DNA of 64,000 bases, taken from NCBI GenBank assembly GCA_011939005.1, contig GCA_011939005.1_4858.1; one strand, written 5' to 3'. Below are positions 1 through 9,567 of this stretch, in pieces. Below the pieces are notes generated by a model. The model worked only from the letters and a program-made list of their open reading frames with translations. It had not been told where the DNA came from and made no database searches. How positions within the stretch are numbered: the first letter of the stretch is position 1; every line of letters starts with the position of its first letter. Source of the DNA: a phage. The position numbers and the translations under genes were made by a program.

Positions 1-3000
1 GCCTGGAATAAACTGAATCAGTTCGGTGGCTGGGCGCGCGGTAAAATCGCGGGGATGGGCGGCGGAGAAGGTCCTGGTTTCTTAACCCGGATGCGTGGCC
101 TTATCAGCGGTAGTGTCCGTGGGGGCTTTGAAGCGGTAAGCTCTTTCGGTAAAGGATTGCTGGGTATCCGCGACGTTTACGATGACCACGGTAATGTTGT
201 ACTGCAAGGTGCACGTCTGGAAGCTGGAGAATACTATCAGGTCATTGATGGTAAAATGGTTCAGCTGAAAACGCTGGACGACATCAAACTGGGGAGTGAT
301 ATTGTTGACTCCGCAGGTAATCTGGTATTAGCAGCCGCTGACTTAGCCGCTGCGGGTAAACTCCGCTACTATAAAGGCGGGAAAATCCAAGCACTGACCC
401 AAGGTCTGGCCAGTAAGATTGGCTTAGGCTTTAATAAGGTGGCTAAGCTACCGAAACGGTTCCTGGATTTCCTGTCACCGAAAGCGGGCAGCATCGTTGG
501 TAAGATTAAGGACTGGCTGAACGAGATTCCGGAAGGCGAAGAAAAGACACGTCTCCAGAAAGCGTTCAACCGCGTAACGAGCTTACCGGGTAAAGTGCTC
601 GGTTTTGCGAAACGTGGTGTCGACCGTCTGAAAGACATGATTACCGACAACCCACTGACGCGTTGGTGGAAAGGCCGTAAAGATGGTGGGGGTGGTGGTT
701 TCAGTCTCTTCTCATCAACCGGCAAGAAAACCAACCACATCCTTATCCGTATCTATAAACTGTTGAACCAACGTTTACCGGGCGATCCGGAAGACGAAAG
801 TTGGACAGAAGAAATGGAGAAGGGTGTCGGTGGCGGTGGTAGTACGATCGGCCGTGCAGTTCGCGGGGCGTATAATCGTGCGAAATCGTCGTTGTCTGAA
901 CGTTTTGGTGGACGTTGGTCAAGAACAAAAGCGTTCTTTGGTCGTGGACGTGACCGCCTGCGTGGTTGGTTCAGTGGTTTCCGAGGCCGGGCTGGGGATA
1001 TGCTCGATGGATATCGTGGAGCACGACACGACATTGCTACACGTTACGAAGTTGAACGTCGGTTGGCTGGACGCGATGACGATGTTGCTGAGTTTTATCG
1101 CAGCCATTTGAACGCGAAAGGTGGTCTTTCTGGCCGTAAAGTCTACGGTGACGCGAAGGACGACCTTGAGACCGCGCGCGATGCAGCAGGTCGGGTTATC
1201 AACAAAGGGAAGAATGCTGCCAAGTCTGCAGGTGCAAGGTTATTCGAACGCTTGGACCGAATGATCGGCTTGCAAGAGATGTCATGGTTTAACACCATGC
1301 GCGAATCAGTATCCCGTGCAGGTGGTGACGATGGCATTATTCGTACCATGTTTGCGAAGTTCGGTAAACGTAACAAGCCACCTGAAAGTGATGAAAAACG
1401 CGACTACCTTAACTTCTTCAAACGTTGGCGTGAGAAACGTAAGGAGAAGAAAGAGAAAGCGCAGGGCTCCAAAGGGAAATCTGGCGGTCTGTGGGATATG
1501 GTGAAAGGCTTACCTATCATCGGTCCCATCGTCAGTATCTTGGGAACTGTGGGTAATATACTCGGTTCTATCACGAAATGGGGTGTGTTAAAACCAGTAG
1601 GTCTTTTAGGTAAGGCTGCGTGGAATGTCGGTAAGTTCGCAGTAACCCGTTTGGCGGCACCCGCGGTGTCCGCTGTGGCAACTGCGGCATCTGCCGTCGT
1701 GACAGCAGTGGGCTGGCCGGCAATTCTTATCGGTGGTGCGATCGCCGCGGCTGGTTACGCCGCGTACAGGATTGCAACGACTACCTATACCCAGTACCTG
1801 GATAAGATGCGTTTAGCTCAGTACGGTTTCCGTGATTACGATAAGTGGTCGTCGGACGACGGGGCGAAAGCGCGTTACTTAGAAGACGCATTGCGTGAGT
1901 ATGTGTCTTACGCGGAAGATGGCCAAGCCAGTCTCCGTGGGCTAAGTGGAAAAGACGTTCAGAAGTTAGCTGAAGGGTTCGGTATTAACGTTGAGGAAAA
2001 AGGCGAGATGTTGGCCTTCCAAGCGTTTATGCTTCAGCGCTTTATTCCGATTTATCTCCGCTGGATTACGGCACTGAAGTCAATGCCGAACAGTATCCAG
2101 TTGGCTGACGTCGGCGATGCGAAGAAAGTATCGAAAGAGGACATGCTGACTCTCTTCAACAAAATGAAGATGACTAAGGATGCAAAAGCGTTCTCTTCGT
2201 TAACAGACCCACGCAAAGTCAACCAAGGTTTCTTCTCGAAAGCTTGGGACGTTGTAACCTTTACACCGAAGGAGTTCTTGAGCGGTGAAGAGGTTATGGA
2301 AGTGCAGAATGAAGTCGAGCGTGCAATCAAGTCCAGAATGGACGATAAGAAAGCACGTAAGTACGGAATGGCACCGGCCGTGGAGGGGATTAAGTCCGCG
2401 GGCGTTGATGAAGCTATCAACAAACTTGGACAGTTGGATAACGAACGTAATAAAAATCTGGCGAAGGTAGAAGGTTGGGAAGACGGAACAGAGCAGGTTC
2501 AGATTCAGGTAGACTGGAATGCGGTGCTCGACCAGAAAGACATGAATGCGATGGAATCGGTGCGTTGGAAGACTTACGGCTTTACCACCATCGATAACGC
2601 CACCCGCACTTTGATCACGGTATTCGAGAAGAACGTCATCAAAGACATTGACGTGAAAACCGCAAGCTACAAAGGAGATTGGAAGAAAGCCATCGCCACG
2701 ATGGTTCCAGACGCTATCGGTACACCGAAAGAAGATCGTTTGAAACGGTGGTTCTTTGACCGTTTCTTACCGGTATTCATGACGTATTTGGTTGGGGTGA
2801 AGCGTTACCTGCCAACAGCCGATCCGCTGAACTTGAAACTGACCGGCGGCTACCTGTACGAAATCAGTCTGATGATGTCAACTGCCTACAGCCTGAAAGG
2901 TGGTATAAGACAGTCGGTGTGGGAAGTGAATATCAACCCATTAGGGGGTGAGGCTAACACGAACCCATCATCCATCAAAGCCGAACTGGAAACGCTGAAG

Positions 3001-4578
3001 CTGCTGTCAAAAGAAGCTGACCTTGCCGTGCGTAACATGATTAAAGCCATTAGAAATAATGGCAAGCGTGCGCGCTGGAAGGATCGTAACAAGAACCGCA
3101 GTTCTCTGGAAGTTACCGGTGAGGATGAAGAAGACTCGAACATCAGTTCGGGAGATTCTTTGTCATCTGACGGTGCTCGCGCCTCAGGCTACATTCCATC
3201 GGGTACGAGTGGTGGTGTGCCGGGTAACTTGGGTCAAGTCGTCGATGCGGTTGGTGGTGTGCGGAACTACGCTGCAATGACCACTGGTTCGTCTTCGATT
3301 AACCTGAGTGATGTGAAAGACGGTGATTATAAGTCACTGGCTGAAAAATACCCGATAGAAATGTTGGGTAGAAAGGGTGCGTTGAACGTTCCGAATATCA
3401 AAGCATTGATTACCGATGCGGCGAACATGATGGGCGTGCCACCTGCAGTGGCGTTAGCAATGGCTAAGGCGGAGTCCGGATTTAACTACACCGCTAAAAA
3501 CCCGTATGCTTCGGCGTCTGGGCTGTTCCAGTTCATTGACGGCACGTGGAACGGGATGATGAAGGGGTATTCGCGGAAGTTTGGTATTCCGCGTGTTAAC
3601 CAAATGGACCCGTGGGCGAATGCTATATTGGGTGTACAGTTCATTCGTGACAACATCCAACAAGCACAGCGTGACCTGGGTGGTAAAGCACCACCTCCAG
3701 CCGTGGCTTATCTGTACCACTTCTTGGGTGCAGGCGGCGGTAAGAAGTTCTTGGAAGCATGGAAGCGTAATCCGAATATGGCGGCATCGAGTGCTCCTGG
3801 GATTACATCTGCAATACTGAGAGGGAATGCCAACGTCTTCTACAGCAACGGTCGTATACGTAGCGTAGACGGGGTTATTCAGGAACTGAACCGCCGTATG
3901 GGCGCAATTTCCGCCAACGAAGTCGCTGCCGATCCGAGTAAGACGAAGGATATGGTTGCAGGCTTGTCGCCTAATTCACCAACCAACCCGGCAGCAGCAA
4001 TGGGTGCACCGGCCGCTAATGATCCGAGTCTGTCGCCAGCAGATAACCTGCCAGCAGATAATGCTAATCGTCGTGATGACGCATTGACGCAGAAAGGGGC
4101 CATGGCGGCACAAGATGCAATGGCTACCGCCGCAGGTAATGTAGGACCAGCAGCACCTACACCAACCACAGGCGGTACCGGAACATCCGATGCCTCAACA
4201 ACGGCCGAAACCGTAGCGTCGCAAGCTGCAGCAGAAGGATTGTCTGCGACGGATGTTGCTAAAGTGAAAGCAGGCGCGGAAGCGCAGGTTAACGCAGCAG
4301 CTCGTCCAGTTGCCGCTCCAACTTCTGATGCTACAGCATCGACGCCAACGCTGAATGGTGACCCGATGGATGTTCAGCAGCTCAAGGTACTGATTCAGTC
4401 TCGCGATTACTTGAAAGAGATTCGTGATATTTTGAAATCAAATCCGAGAGCAGCAAACGACACGCGTGGTGGTAGTATCCAGCAAGCGGCAAATGTGGCT
4501 CCTCCGGGCTCAGCTGCACGTAGGCAGGAAATAACCCAACCGACACCGTCGTTAAACGTAAGTCGGAAAGCAAGCTAA
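1..4578 (+). CDS. virion tape-measure-like / ejection protein with lytic transglycosylase (SLT) domain; 5' partial
   Basis: Frame 1 is open from base 1 (first in-window ATG at 55) to TAA at 4576-4578. Gly-rich linkers, hydrophobic helices (about nt 1510-1770), SLT motif ESGFN..AKNPYASASGLFQF..DGTW (about nt 3440-3560), Ala/Pro/Thr-rich linker near the C-terminus. Confidence 0.65.
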   Translation, partial: AWNKLNQFGGWARGKIAGMGGGEGPGFLTRMRGLISGSVRGGFEAVSSFGKGLLGIRDVYDDHGNVVLQGARLEAGEYYQVIDGKMVQLKTLDDIKLGSDIVDSAGNLVLAAADLAAAGKLRYYKGGKIQALTQGLASKIGLGFNKVAKLPKRFLDFLSPKAGSIVGKIKDWLNEIPEGEEKTRLQKAFNRVTSLPGKVLGFAKRGVDRLKDMITDNPLTRWWKGRKDGGGGGFSLFSSTGKKTNHILIRIYKLLNQRLPGDPEDESWTEEMEKGVGGGGSTIGRAVRGAYNRAKSSLSERFGGRWSRTKAFFGRGRDRLRGWFSGFRGRAGDMLDGYRGARHDIATRYEVERRLAGRDDDVAEFYRSHLNAKGGLSGRKVYGDAKDDLETARDAAGRVINKGKNAAKSAGARLFERLDRMIGLQEMSWFNTMRESVSRAGGDDGIIRTMFAKFGKRNKPPESDEKRDYLNFFKRWREKRKEKKEKAQGSKGKSGGLWDMVKGLPIIGPIVSILGTVGNILGSITKWGVLKPVGLLGKAAWNVGKFAVTRLAAPAVSAVATAASAVVTAVGWPAILIGGAIAAAGYAAYRIATTTYTQYLDKMRLAQYGFRDYDKWSSDDGAKARYLEDALREYVSYAEDGQASLRGLSGKDVQKLAEGFGINVEEKGEMLAFQAFMLQRFIPIYLRWITALKSMPNSIQLADVGDAKKVSKEDMLTLFNKMKMTKDAKAFSSLTDPRKVNQGFFSKAWDVVTFTPKEFLSGEEVMEVQNEVERAIKSRMDDKKARKYGMAPAVEGIKSAGVDEAINKLGQLDNERNKNLAKVEGWEDGTEQVQIQVDWNAVLDQKDMNAMESVRWKTYGFTTIDNATRTLITVFEKNVIKDIDVKTASYKGDWKKAIATMVPDAIGTPKEDRLKRWFFDRFLPVFMTYLVGVKRYLPTADPLNLKLTGGYLYEISLMMSTAYSLKGGIRQSVWEVNINPLGGEANTNPSSIKAELETLKLLSKEADLAVRNMIKAIRNNGKRARWKDRNKNRSSLEVTGEDEEDSNISSGDSLSSDGARASGYIPSGTSGGVPGNLGQVVDAVGGVRNYAAMTTGSSSINLSDVKDGDYKSLAEKYPIEMLGRKGALNVPNIKALITDAANMMGVPPAVALAMAKAESGFNYTAKNPYASASGLFQFIDGTWNGMMKGYSRKFGIPRVNQMDPWANAILGVQFIRDNIQQAQRDLGGKAPPPAVAYLYHFLGAGGGKKFLEAWKRNPNMAASSAPGITSAILRGNANVFYSNGRIRSVDGVIQELNRRMGAISANEVAADPSKTKDMVAGLSPNSPTNPAAAMGAPAANDPSLSPADNLPADNANRRDDALTQKGAMAAQDAMATAAGNVGPAAPTPTTGGTGTSDASTTAETVASQAAAEGLSATDVAKVKAGAEAQVNAAARPVAAPTSDATASTPTLNGDPMDVQQLKVLIQSRDYLKEIRDILKSNPRAANDTRGGSIQQAANVAPPGSAARRQEITQPTPSLNVSRKAS

Positions 4579-4582
4579 TCGT

Positions 4583-4602
4583 AGGGGGTGGCAACACCCC
4601 CT
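4583..4602 (+). promoter_or_regulatory. stem-loop in the junction between first and second virion genes
   Basis: agggggtg-gcaa-caccccct, perfect 8-bp stem immediately after the stop codon of the first gene; not followed by a U-run. Confidence 0.4.
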
Positions 4603-4626
4603 AATCATCTTACAGAGAGGTTTTAC

Positions 4627-6849
4627 GTGGAAGCAAGACAACTAAAAGATTCAGGATGGGTAACCGGCCTGTTTGGCGGTACAACCGCACAGCGCGATGA
4701 GCGCTTCCTGGGTTTGCGTCGTTACTCTAACGCGATGCTCTCGTTTGAAGATACCACGATGGGTGGTTCGCAAGCGTTAAATGCGCCGCCGCAGTTTACG
4801 ATGTTTGCTGATCCGAGTTCAACAGGTGCTTTTGCACAACCTGATGCAGGTCGTGGCTCGTACTCAAAGTACGTTAAAGGTCAAGACCAACGTGGTTCCT
4901 ATCGTTTAGGGACTTTCTATTACGAAGCTATTAACCAAAACAGTTTTTATCTTCATTGTCGTTTCGGTAAACCTCGATATATCGGGGTAGCTGCATTCTT
5001 CGCGAATATGTACGATTCCAACCTAGCGTATCTGGCACGCACAGGTGACTACCCAGGTATGTTACGTGCGATGGGGACGTATGTTGCCGCCGCAGCAATA
5101 TGGGCCGCAGTAGGTACGGTTGCCTTTGCGGTTATTCTAATTACACCACGTATGTTGAAGATGGTGCTGAACAAGCAGACTTCTCGCTACTACTACGTGA
5201 AACCGACAATGCACTTGTATCTGCGCGCTGTGCAGAATATGGTCAACACCCAGTTAGTTTATCGCCGATTGGTACCAACGGGTGTGTTAGGGACTTTCCA
5301 GCTTGCTAATGCTGTAGATGGGTCTGAGAAAGGCGGTACTGCTAATAAGTACAACGGCGACCGTAAAGAGTGGTACTCCATGCTGCCAGAAATCTGGACA
5401 GCTGATGGTGAGTTCGATATCTATCGAATGATTAACCGCTACCAAACATTAGCCAACTACCAGGCGAAAACCATCGATAAAATTCGTAAAGAGTCGAGTA
5501 ACGAAGAGGACATGGCTCGTCGTTTGCGAAACTTCTATCTGGAAGCGACGTACTCAACAACCCATTTGGAGAAAGCTGCGCAGTACGAGGTTTCTTTACG
5601 TAACCTTGAACATGTAGCCAAAGCTGGTAAAGGGTACGATGCTGGTTTTGAAAACGTCGACAACAAAGAAGACGAACTGGTAGCAGGGATGAACGGCAGC
5701 ATTCAGGATGCTCAGTCACAAGGGGGTAAGGCTGAAAACTTCGAAAACGAAGGTGATGCGCAACGTAAAGAGCTTGCCGAGCGTATGGCACAGGTTGAAA
5801 AGAACCAGGCACAGGTTGCTAAAAGTCAGACCGAAGCAAACTCAATGGATGAGAATAATCTCGACATTGGGAAGATTGAAAACTGGATGGACCAAGGCCA
5901 GAAAGAATCTGTCGGTAGCGTCTTCAAAGACTATATCGATATTTTAGAAGGCGCTATGGATGGGTTAACTTCGAACATCGCTTCGGAGATACGCAATGGT
6001 TCGCAGTGGATTACTTGGCGTGTTGATGGACGTGATACCGTAGGGCGTTCGTTCTCCAACACCACCAAAGAACCTGAAATCTCTGGCACGGTTAACTCCG
6101 CCACACAGAAAGCACGTTCTTTGGAAGTAAACCTCTCTGGTGGTAAGACTGGTTTCGACGCAGTCGATGGTCTCATTACTGGGTTGAAGTCCGCCTTTAC
6201 AGGCGCACTCGATTTCTTACATTTATCAGGGATTATGTCACTGTACAACTCGTCGGTGATTGACTTCCCGGAAGTGTGGGACTCCTCAGACACCTCAGGT
6301 GACGATATCTCGCTAAGTATTCCCCTTCGCTGTTGGTCGGGTAATGACTTAGATGTGTTTCAGGATCTGATTGTCCCGTTGTCGTTCTGGTTAGCGGCAG
6401 TTTGTCCGTTAGCAACCGGTAAACAATCGTTTACACACCCGTTCTATCTGGAGTGCTATTCTCGCGGTCGTTATTCCATGCGTAATGCCATGGTAACTAA
6501 CTTGAGTCTCCAGTTTGGTACAGGTGGGTTAGGGTGGCGTGCTGACGGTCTGCCGTTGTCGTGTGATATACAGGTAACTATTCGTGACCTGTCACGCGTT
6601 ATGTACATGCCGATTGTAACCGATATTGGTGTGTTTGATGATGATAACAAGTTCAGTGAATTTATGTCTGTGTTGGGTGCTGCCACGCTTTACGAGCGTA
6701 CCAACGGTATCGCGCAGGCTAAAATCAACGCGTCTATCTGGGCGCAGAACTGGGCAAGTGCCTGGTCACAGGGCAGCATCGTCAACGCCGCATTAGATAT
6801 CATACCGGCACGACAAATCGCGAACATTTTCCTACCACAAGCGCGATAG
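4627..6849 (+). CDS. hypothetical virion-associated protein with one predicted transmembrane helix
   Basis: ORF track gives a GTG start at 4588, but 4583-4602 is a stem-loop; in-frame GTG at 4627 is preceded by RBS agagagg. Hydrophobic segment GTYVAAAAIWAAVGTVAFAVILI. Start uncertain. Confidence 0.55.
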   Translation: MEARQLKDSGWVTGLFGGTTAQRDERFLGLRRYSNAMLSFEDTTMGGSQALNAPPQFTMFADPSSTGAFAQPDAGRGSYSKYVKGQDQRGSYRLGTFYYEAINQNSFYLHCRFGKPRYIGVAAFFANMYDSNLAYLARTGDYPGMLRAMGTYVAAAAIWAAVGTVAFAVILITPRMLKMVLNKQTSRYYYVKPTMHLYLRAVQNMVNTQLVYRRLVPTGVLGTFQLANAVDGSEKGGTANKYNGDRKEWYSMLPEIWTADGEFDIYRMINRYQTLANYQAKTIDKIRKESSNEEDMARRLRNFYLEATYSTTHLEKAAQYEVSLRNLEHVAKAGKGYDAGFENVDNKEDELVAGMNGSIQDAQSQGGKAENFENEGDAQRKELAERMAQVEKNQAQVAKSQTEANSMDENNLDIGKIENWMDQGQKESVGSVFKDYIDILEGAMDGLTSNIASEIRNGSQWITWRVDGRDTVGRSFSNTTKEPEISGTVNSATQKARSLEVNLSGGKTGFDAVDGLITGLKSAFTGALDFLHLSGIMSLYNSSVIDFPEVWDSSDTSGDDISLSIPLRCWSGNDLDVFQDLIVPLSFWLAAVCPLATGKQSFTHPFYLECYSRGRYSMRNAMVTNLSLQFGTGGLGWRADGLPLSCDIQVTIRDLSRVMYMPIVTDIGVFDDDNKFSEFMSVLGAATLYERTNGIAQAKINASIWAQNWASAWSQGSIVNAALDIIPARQIANIFLPQAR

Positions 6850-6871
6850 TACACCACAGAGGTAGCGCATT

Positions 6872-7411
6872 ATGAGTTTATTTGGAAAGACCGCAAAAGA
6901 GTTGGTTTACGATCTTATCGTGTCCCAGAATCCCGGACTGGCTGGTAAGGGCGTGACCATCGATAAATTGTCGTTCGGTAACCCGTCGCACATCACCGCA
7001 GCCGATCCTGACCCAGAACAGTACACCAGACTGAACACCAGTCTCGATGTTTCTGGTATCGTTGAGAAAGGTACGTTTGGTAAGATGGGTCTTACTTACC
7101 GTCGACTGGACGTAGCCCACCTGTTTGAAAACGTGGTGCTGTCTGTAGATGGTAGTAGCGCATCCACTGCTGCTGATCTTGTCCCGTTATTGCAGGCTAA
7201 GTATAACTGGATGATTGACACATCGGAGATCTATGCAAACGAGTCAATGACATCTTCCACGAAACACAATTTGCGTTTCAATGGCAAGTCTTTGGCTTGG
7301 ACTGGCACGGTTGAAGTTTATCTAACCGAAGTTCCAAGTGATGGCGTCGATATCAGTAAACTGATCACTGTTACTGAGCTGAATGGCTTGGTTTATGAAG
7401 TCTCGATATGA
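6872..7411 (+). CDS. hypothetical protein (last gene of structural operon)
   Basis: 179-aa ORF, ATG with RBS agagg upstream; followed by terminator. Confidence 0.6.
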   Translation: MSLFGKTAKELVYDLIVSQNPGLAGKGVTIDKLSFGNPSHITAADPDPEQYTRLNTSLDVSGIVEKGTFGKMGLTYRRLDVAHLFENVVLSVDGSSASTAADLVPLLQAKYNWMIDTSEIYANESMTSSTKHNLRFNGKSLAWTGTVEVYLTEVPSDGVDISKLITVTELNGLVYEVSI

Positions 7412-7420
7412 CGCAGGCGT

Positions 7421-7476
7421 AACAAAAAATAAGTATTACGAGTACCCCGTCGGGGTACTCGTTTGCTTTATTTTTT
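7421..7476. terminator. bidirectional rho-independent terminator
   Basis: Perfect 11-bp stem acgagtacccc/ggggtactcgt (7438-7462) flanked by A-run upstream and ttgctttatttttt downstream; sits between convergent genes. Confidence 0.75.
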
Positions 7477-7897
7477 AGCGTTCAATAATCACTCTTACGA
7501 TATCTTCTACCGGAGGGTAATACCACAGAACCACGCTGTTTCGTCCCAAGTCTTTTGGAAACGTTTGACAGTACGCAATGTCGGTGCCGAAGCGCTCAGA
7601 GAGCTTTAAAACGTTCTCTGGGAATTGACAGCCTCCTCGCCAATCATGCGTATAGAGTACCTGCTGTAGTAACTTCACATTAGCATCGAAGAAGTACAGA
7701 TTTTCCACTGGCGCAATATGTGGTACCGGAATTGGCGTGTCTGTAAGTACGAACTCCAAACCACCACATTGTTCTGAACGCTCCGCTAGGAGTTTCAGAT
7801 GCCATGGCATTAGACCGTGGTCTTCCCAGACGATATTGTTGACCAGTAAACGATCAACGTATTCATCGTAATCAACCGTGAACAGTTTCTTCGCCAT
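7475..7897 (-). CDS. hypothetical protein
   Basis: Minus-strand ORF; ATG at 7897 has RBS gagg, whereas track start 7912 lacks one. No motif recognised. Confidence 0.5.
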   Translation of the reverse strand: MAKKLFTVDYDEYVDRLLVNNIVWEDHGLMPWHLKLLAERSEQCGGLEFVLTDTPIPVPHIAPVENLYFFDANVKLLQQVLYTHDWRGGCQFPENVLKLSERFGTDIAYCQTFPKDLGRNSVVLWYYPPVEDIVRVIIER

Positions 7898-8813
7898 CGG
7901 TAAACGCCTCATCTTTTACAGTAAGGGAACCGTTTACTTCGATTTCAGCGGCGGTCATGTCTGCTTCTTTAACGAATATACCGTCCGCGTTCAGGAAACC
8001 CTTACGGTCTTTGATTTCATCCCACGCCAGAGAGAAACACTGTTCCAGAGTCATATCGTACGCATTAGCCAGCGCATTGGCGTATTCGACCATCTGCGCG
8101 AAGTGACATTCGATCATTACCGCGTCGCTGTTCTCGAAGTGTTTATATTCGAGTTGCTTAGCTGAGTCGATGCCGGCTTGATCCCAGATGTAATCAACAG
8201 CTGCTGTGAGATGGAAACGCATTTTGTGGAACAAGTAATGACTGTTCCCGGCGTGTGGTTTCTTTGAACGTGCGTCGTTGACGTATGTGCTGATATCGGT
8301 TGAGTCAAACTTAATGAGTTCCATCAAGTTAACCAACACGACCAGAGCATCACCGATACCGTCCATGATGTAACGACGTTTGTTTTTACTGATACCGGTT
8401 GCCGCTTCACCGTCTTCTTCGTAGAGTTTGGTGGCTTGGCTATACCAGACGCCGTTATCCAGAATACCACGCGCTTTAGACCAACCCATAACGTTAGTAA
8501 TACATTGTGGGATGGTGTACAAAGGTACGTAACGCGGACGATCAACCGTACCACGATACTCGACACCTTCCAACGTCCACGGCATTTCGAAATCATTTAT
8601 TTCCAAACGATGGTCGCCTGTGAAGACTTTACCTTCGACGTAAGTGTGACCGGTTTCACTGTTCACGCACAGGGTGTACAGTTTCTCAAAGGACCACGGT
8701 TTAACAAACTGACGTTGGCAGAATCCAGCCAGAAGCTCATTAATCTGTGCCAGGTACTGGTTAGGTTCAACAATAACGTTATACGGAATCTGGATAGTGA
8801 AACGATCGCCCAT
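7872..8813 (-). CDS. hypothetical protein; C-terminal half possibly MazG-like all-alpha NTP pyrophosphatase
   Basis: 313-aa ORF, ATG with RBS aaggag; MazG assignment rests only on an acidic helical segment (GIGDALVVLVNLMEL) and is weak. Confidence 0.55.
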   Translation of the reverse strand: MGDRFTIQIPYNVIVEPNQYLAQINELLAGFCQRQFVKPWSFEKLYTLCVNSETGHTYVEGKVFTGDHRLEINDFEMPWTLEGVEYRGTVDRPRYVPLYTIPQCITNVMGWSKARGILDNGVWYSQATKLYEEDGEAATGISKNKRRYIMDGIGDALVVLVNLMELIKFDSTDISTYVNDARSKKPHAGNSHYLFHKMRFHLTAAVDYIWDQAGIDSAKQLEYKHFENSDAVMIECHFAQMVEYANALANAYDMTLEQCFSLAWDEIKDRKGFLNADGIFVKEADMTAAEIEVNGSLTVKDEAFTDGEETVHG

Positions 8814-8830
8814 TTTGATAGCTCCTTAAA

Positions 8831-8864
8831 CAAAAAAATAACTAGGGTGTCCATATGGACACCC
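8831..8864 (-). terminator. rho-independent terminator
   Basis: Perfect palindrome agggtgtcca-ta-tggacaccct (8843-8864) with A-run 8831-8838 on plus strand (U-run on minus transcript). Confidence 0.55.
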
Positions 8865-8875
8865 TAATACGTATT

Positions 8876-9064
8876 TTAAATCTTGCACGCACCACCGGTG
8901 CAGTTGTCGTCGTCTTTCGACGGGTCAACGCCACCTTCCACACCTGCATCCGGGTCAAGTCCAGGGATAACCATCTCGTCATCCGGAGACATGTTTACAT
9001 CCGCACTTAACCCATCACGATACATGAACGTTGTGGCTTGCCCACGACCGAGTTCTCCAGCCAT
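8876..9064 (-). CDS. small acidic hypothetical protein
   Basis: 62-aa Asp-rich ORF, ATG with RBS gaggaaa, fits gap between neighbours. Confidence 0.35.
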   Translation of the reverse strand: MAGELGRGQATTFMYRDGLSADVNMSPDDEMVIPGLDPDAGVEGGVDPSKDDDNCTGGACKI

Positions 9065-9076
9065 ATTTTCCTCTAC

Positions 9077-9556
9077 TTAATTAATCAGGTGTATCACAAC
9101 GTCTGTCGTTACTACGTCGACCAGACTGCGATAGATTTTATCGTAACTGAACTTGTTGAAGAAGAAACCCGCTTCGTCGACAATAACCAAGCCGAATTTC
9201 TCGTAGCCGGATATACCAGCACCCGTCGCGCGTTTCCAACCCTCGGGCAAGTAGTTACAGTGTACGGTCAACCAACCGTTCCCGGCAGCCTTTTCATGGA
9301 ACTTCTCCACTACTTCGTTTCGTAACGATTCATTGTGGACCAGATACAGAACGCTGCCGTGGAACTTTGCTGACATATCAACGGCGTGTGTTGTAACGCC
9401 CTTCTGACGACCGGCACCGTAACGGATGGTACGGAACTCACTCAGTGCAATATGCGGTAAAAAGCCACAGCTGCGGGCTTCATCGGAGTCCAGTTCGATA
9501 AGACCTTTGGACAGTTCTTTTACCACGGCACGATAATCGATCCGAGTTATAGACAT
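9077..9556 (-). CDS. hypothetical protein with NTPase-like motifs
   Basis: 159 aa; Walker B-like GLVIVDEAGFF and degenerate P-loop-like GAGRQKGVTT; no canonical GKS/T. Confidence 0.5.
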   Translation of the reverse strand: MSITRIDYRAVVKELSKGLIELDSDEARSCGFLPHIALSEFRTIRYGAGRQKGVTTHAVDMSAKFHGSVLYLVHNESLRNEVVEKFHEKAAGNGWLTVHCNYLPEGWKRATGAGISGYEKFGLVIVDEAGFFFNKFSYDKIYRSLVDVVTTDVVIHLIN

Positions 9557-9567
9557 CTGTTTTCACC

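Noticed and set aside
369-4597. Multiple 60-123-aa ORFs antisense to or nested within the giant virion gene (e.g. 369-740, 753-1034, 2052-2423, 3879-4169)
   Set aside because: All are embedded in a much longer ORF with clear protein motifs; their translations are low-complexity and typical of shadow ORFs.
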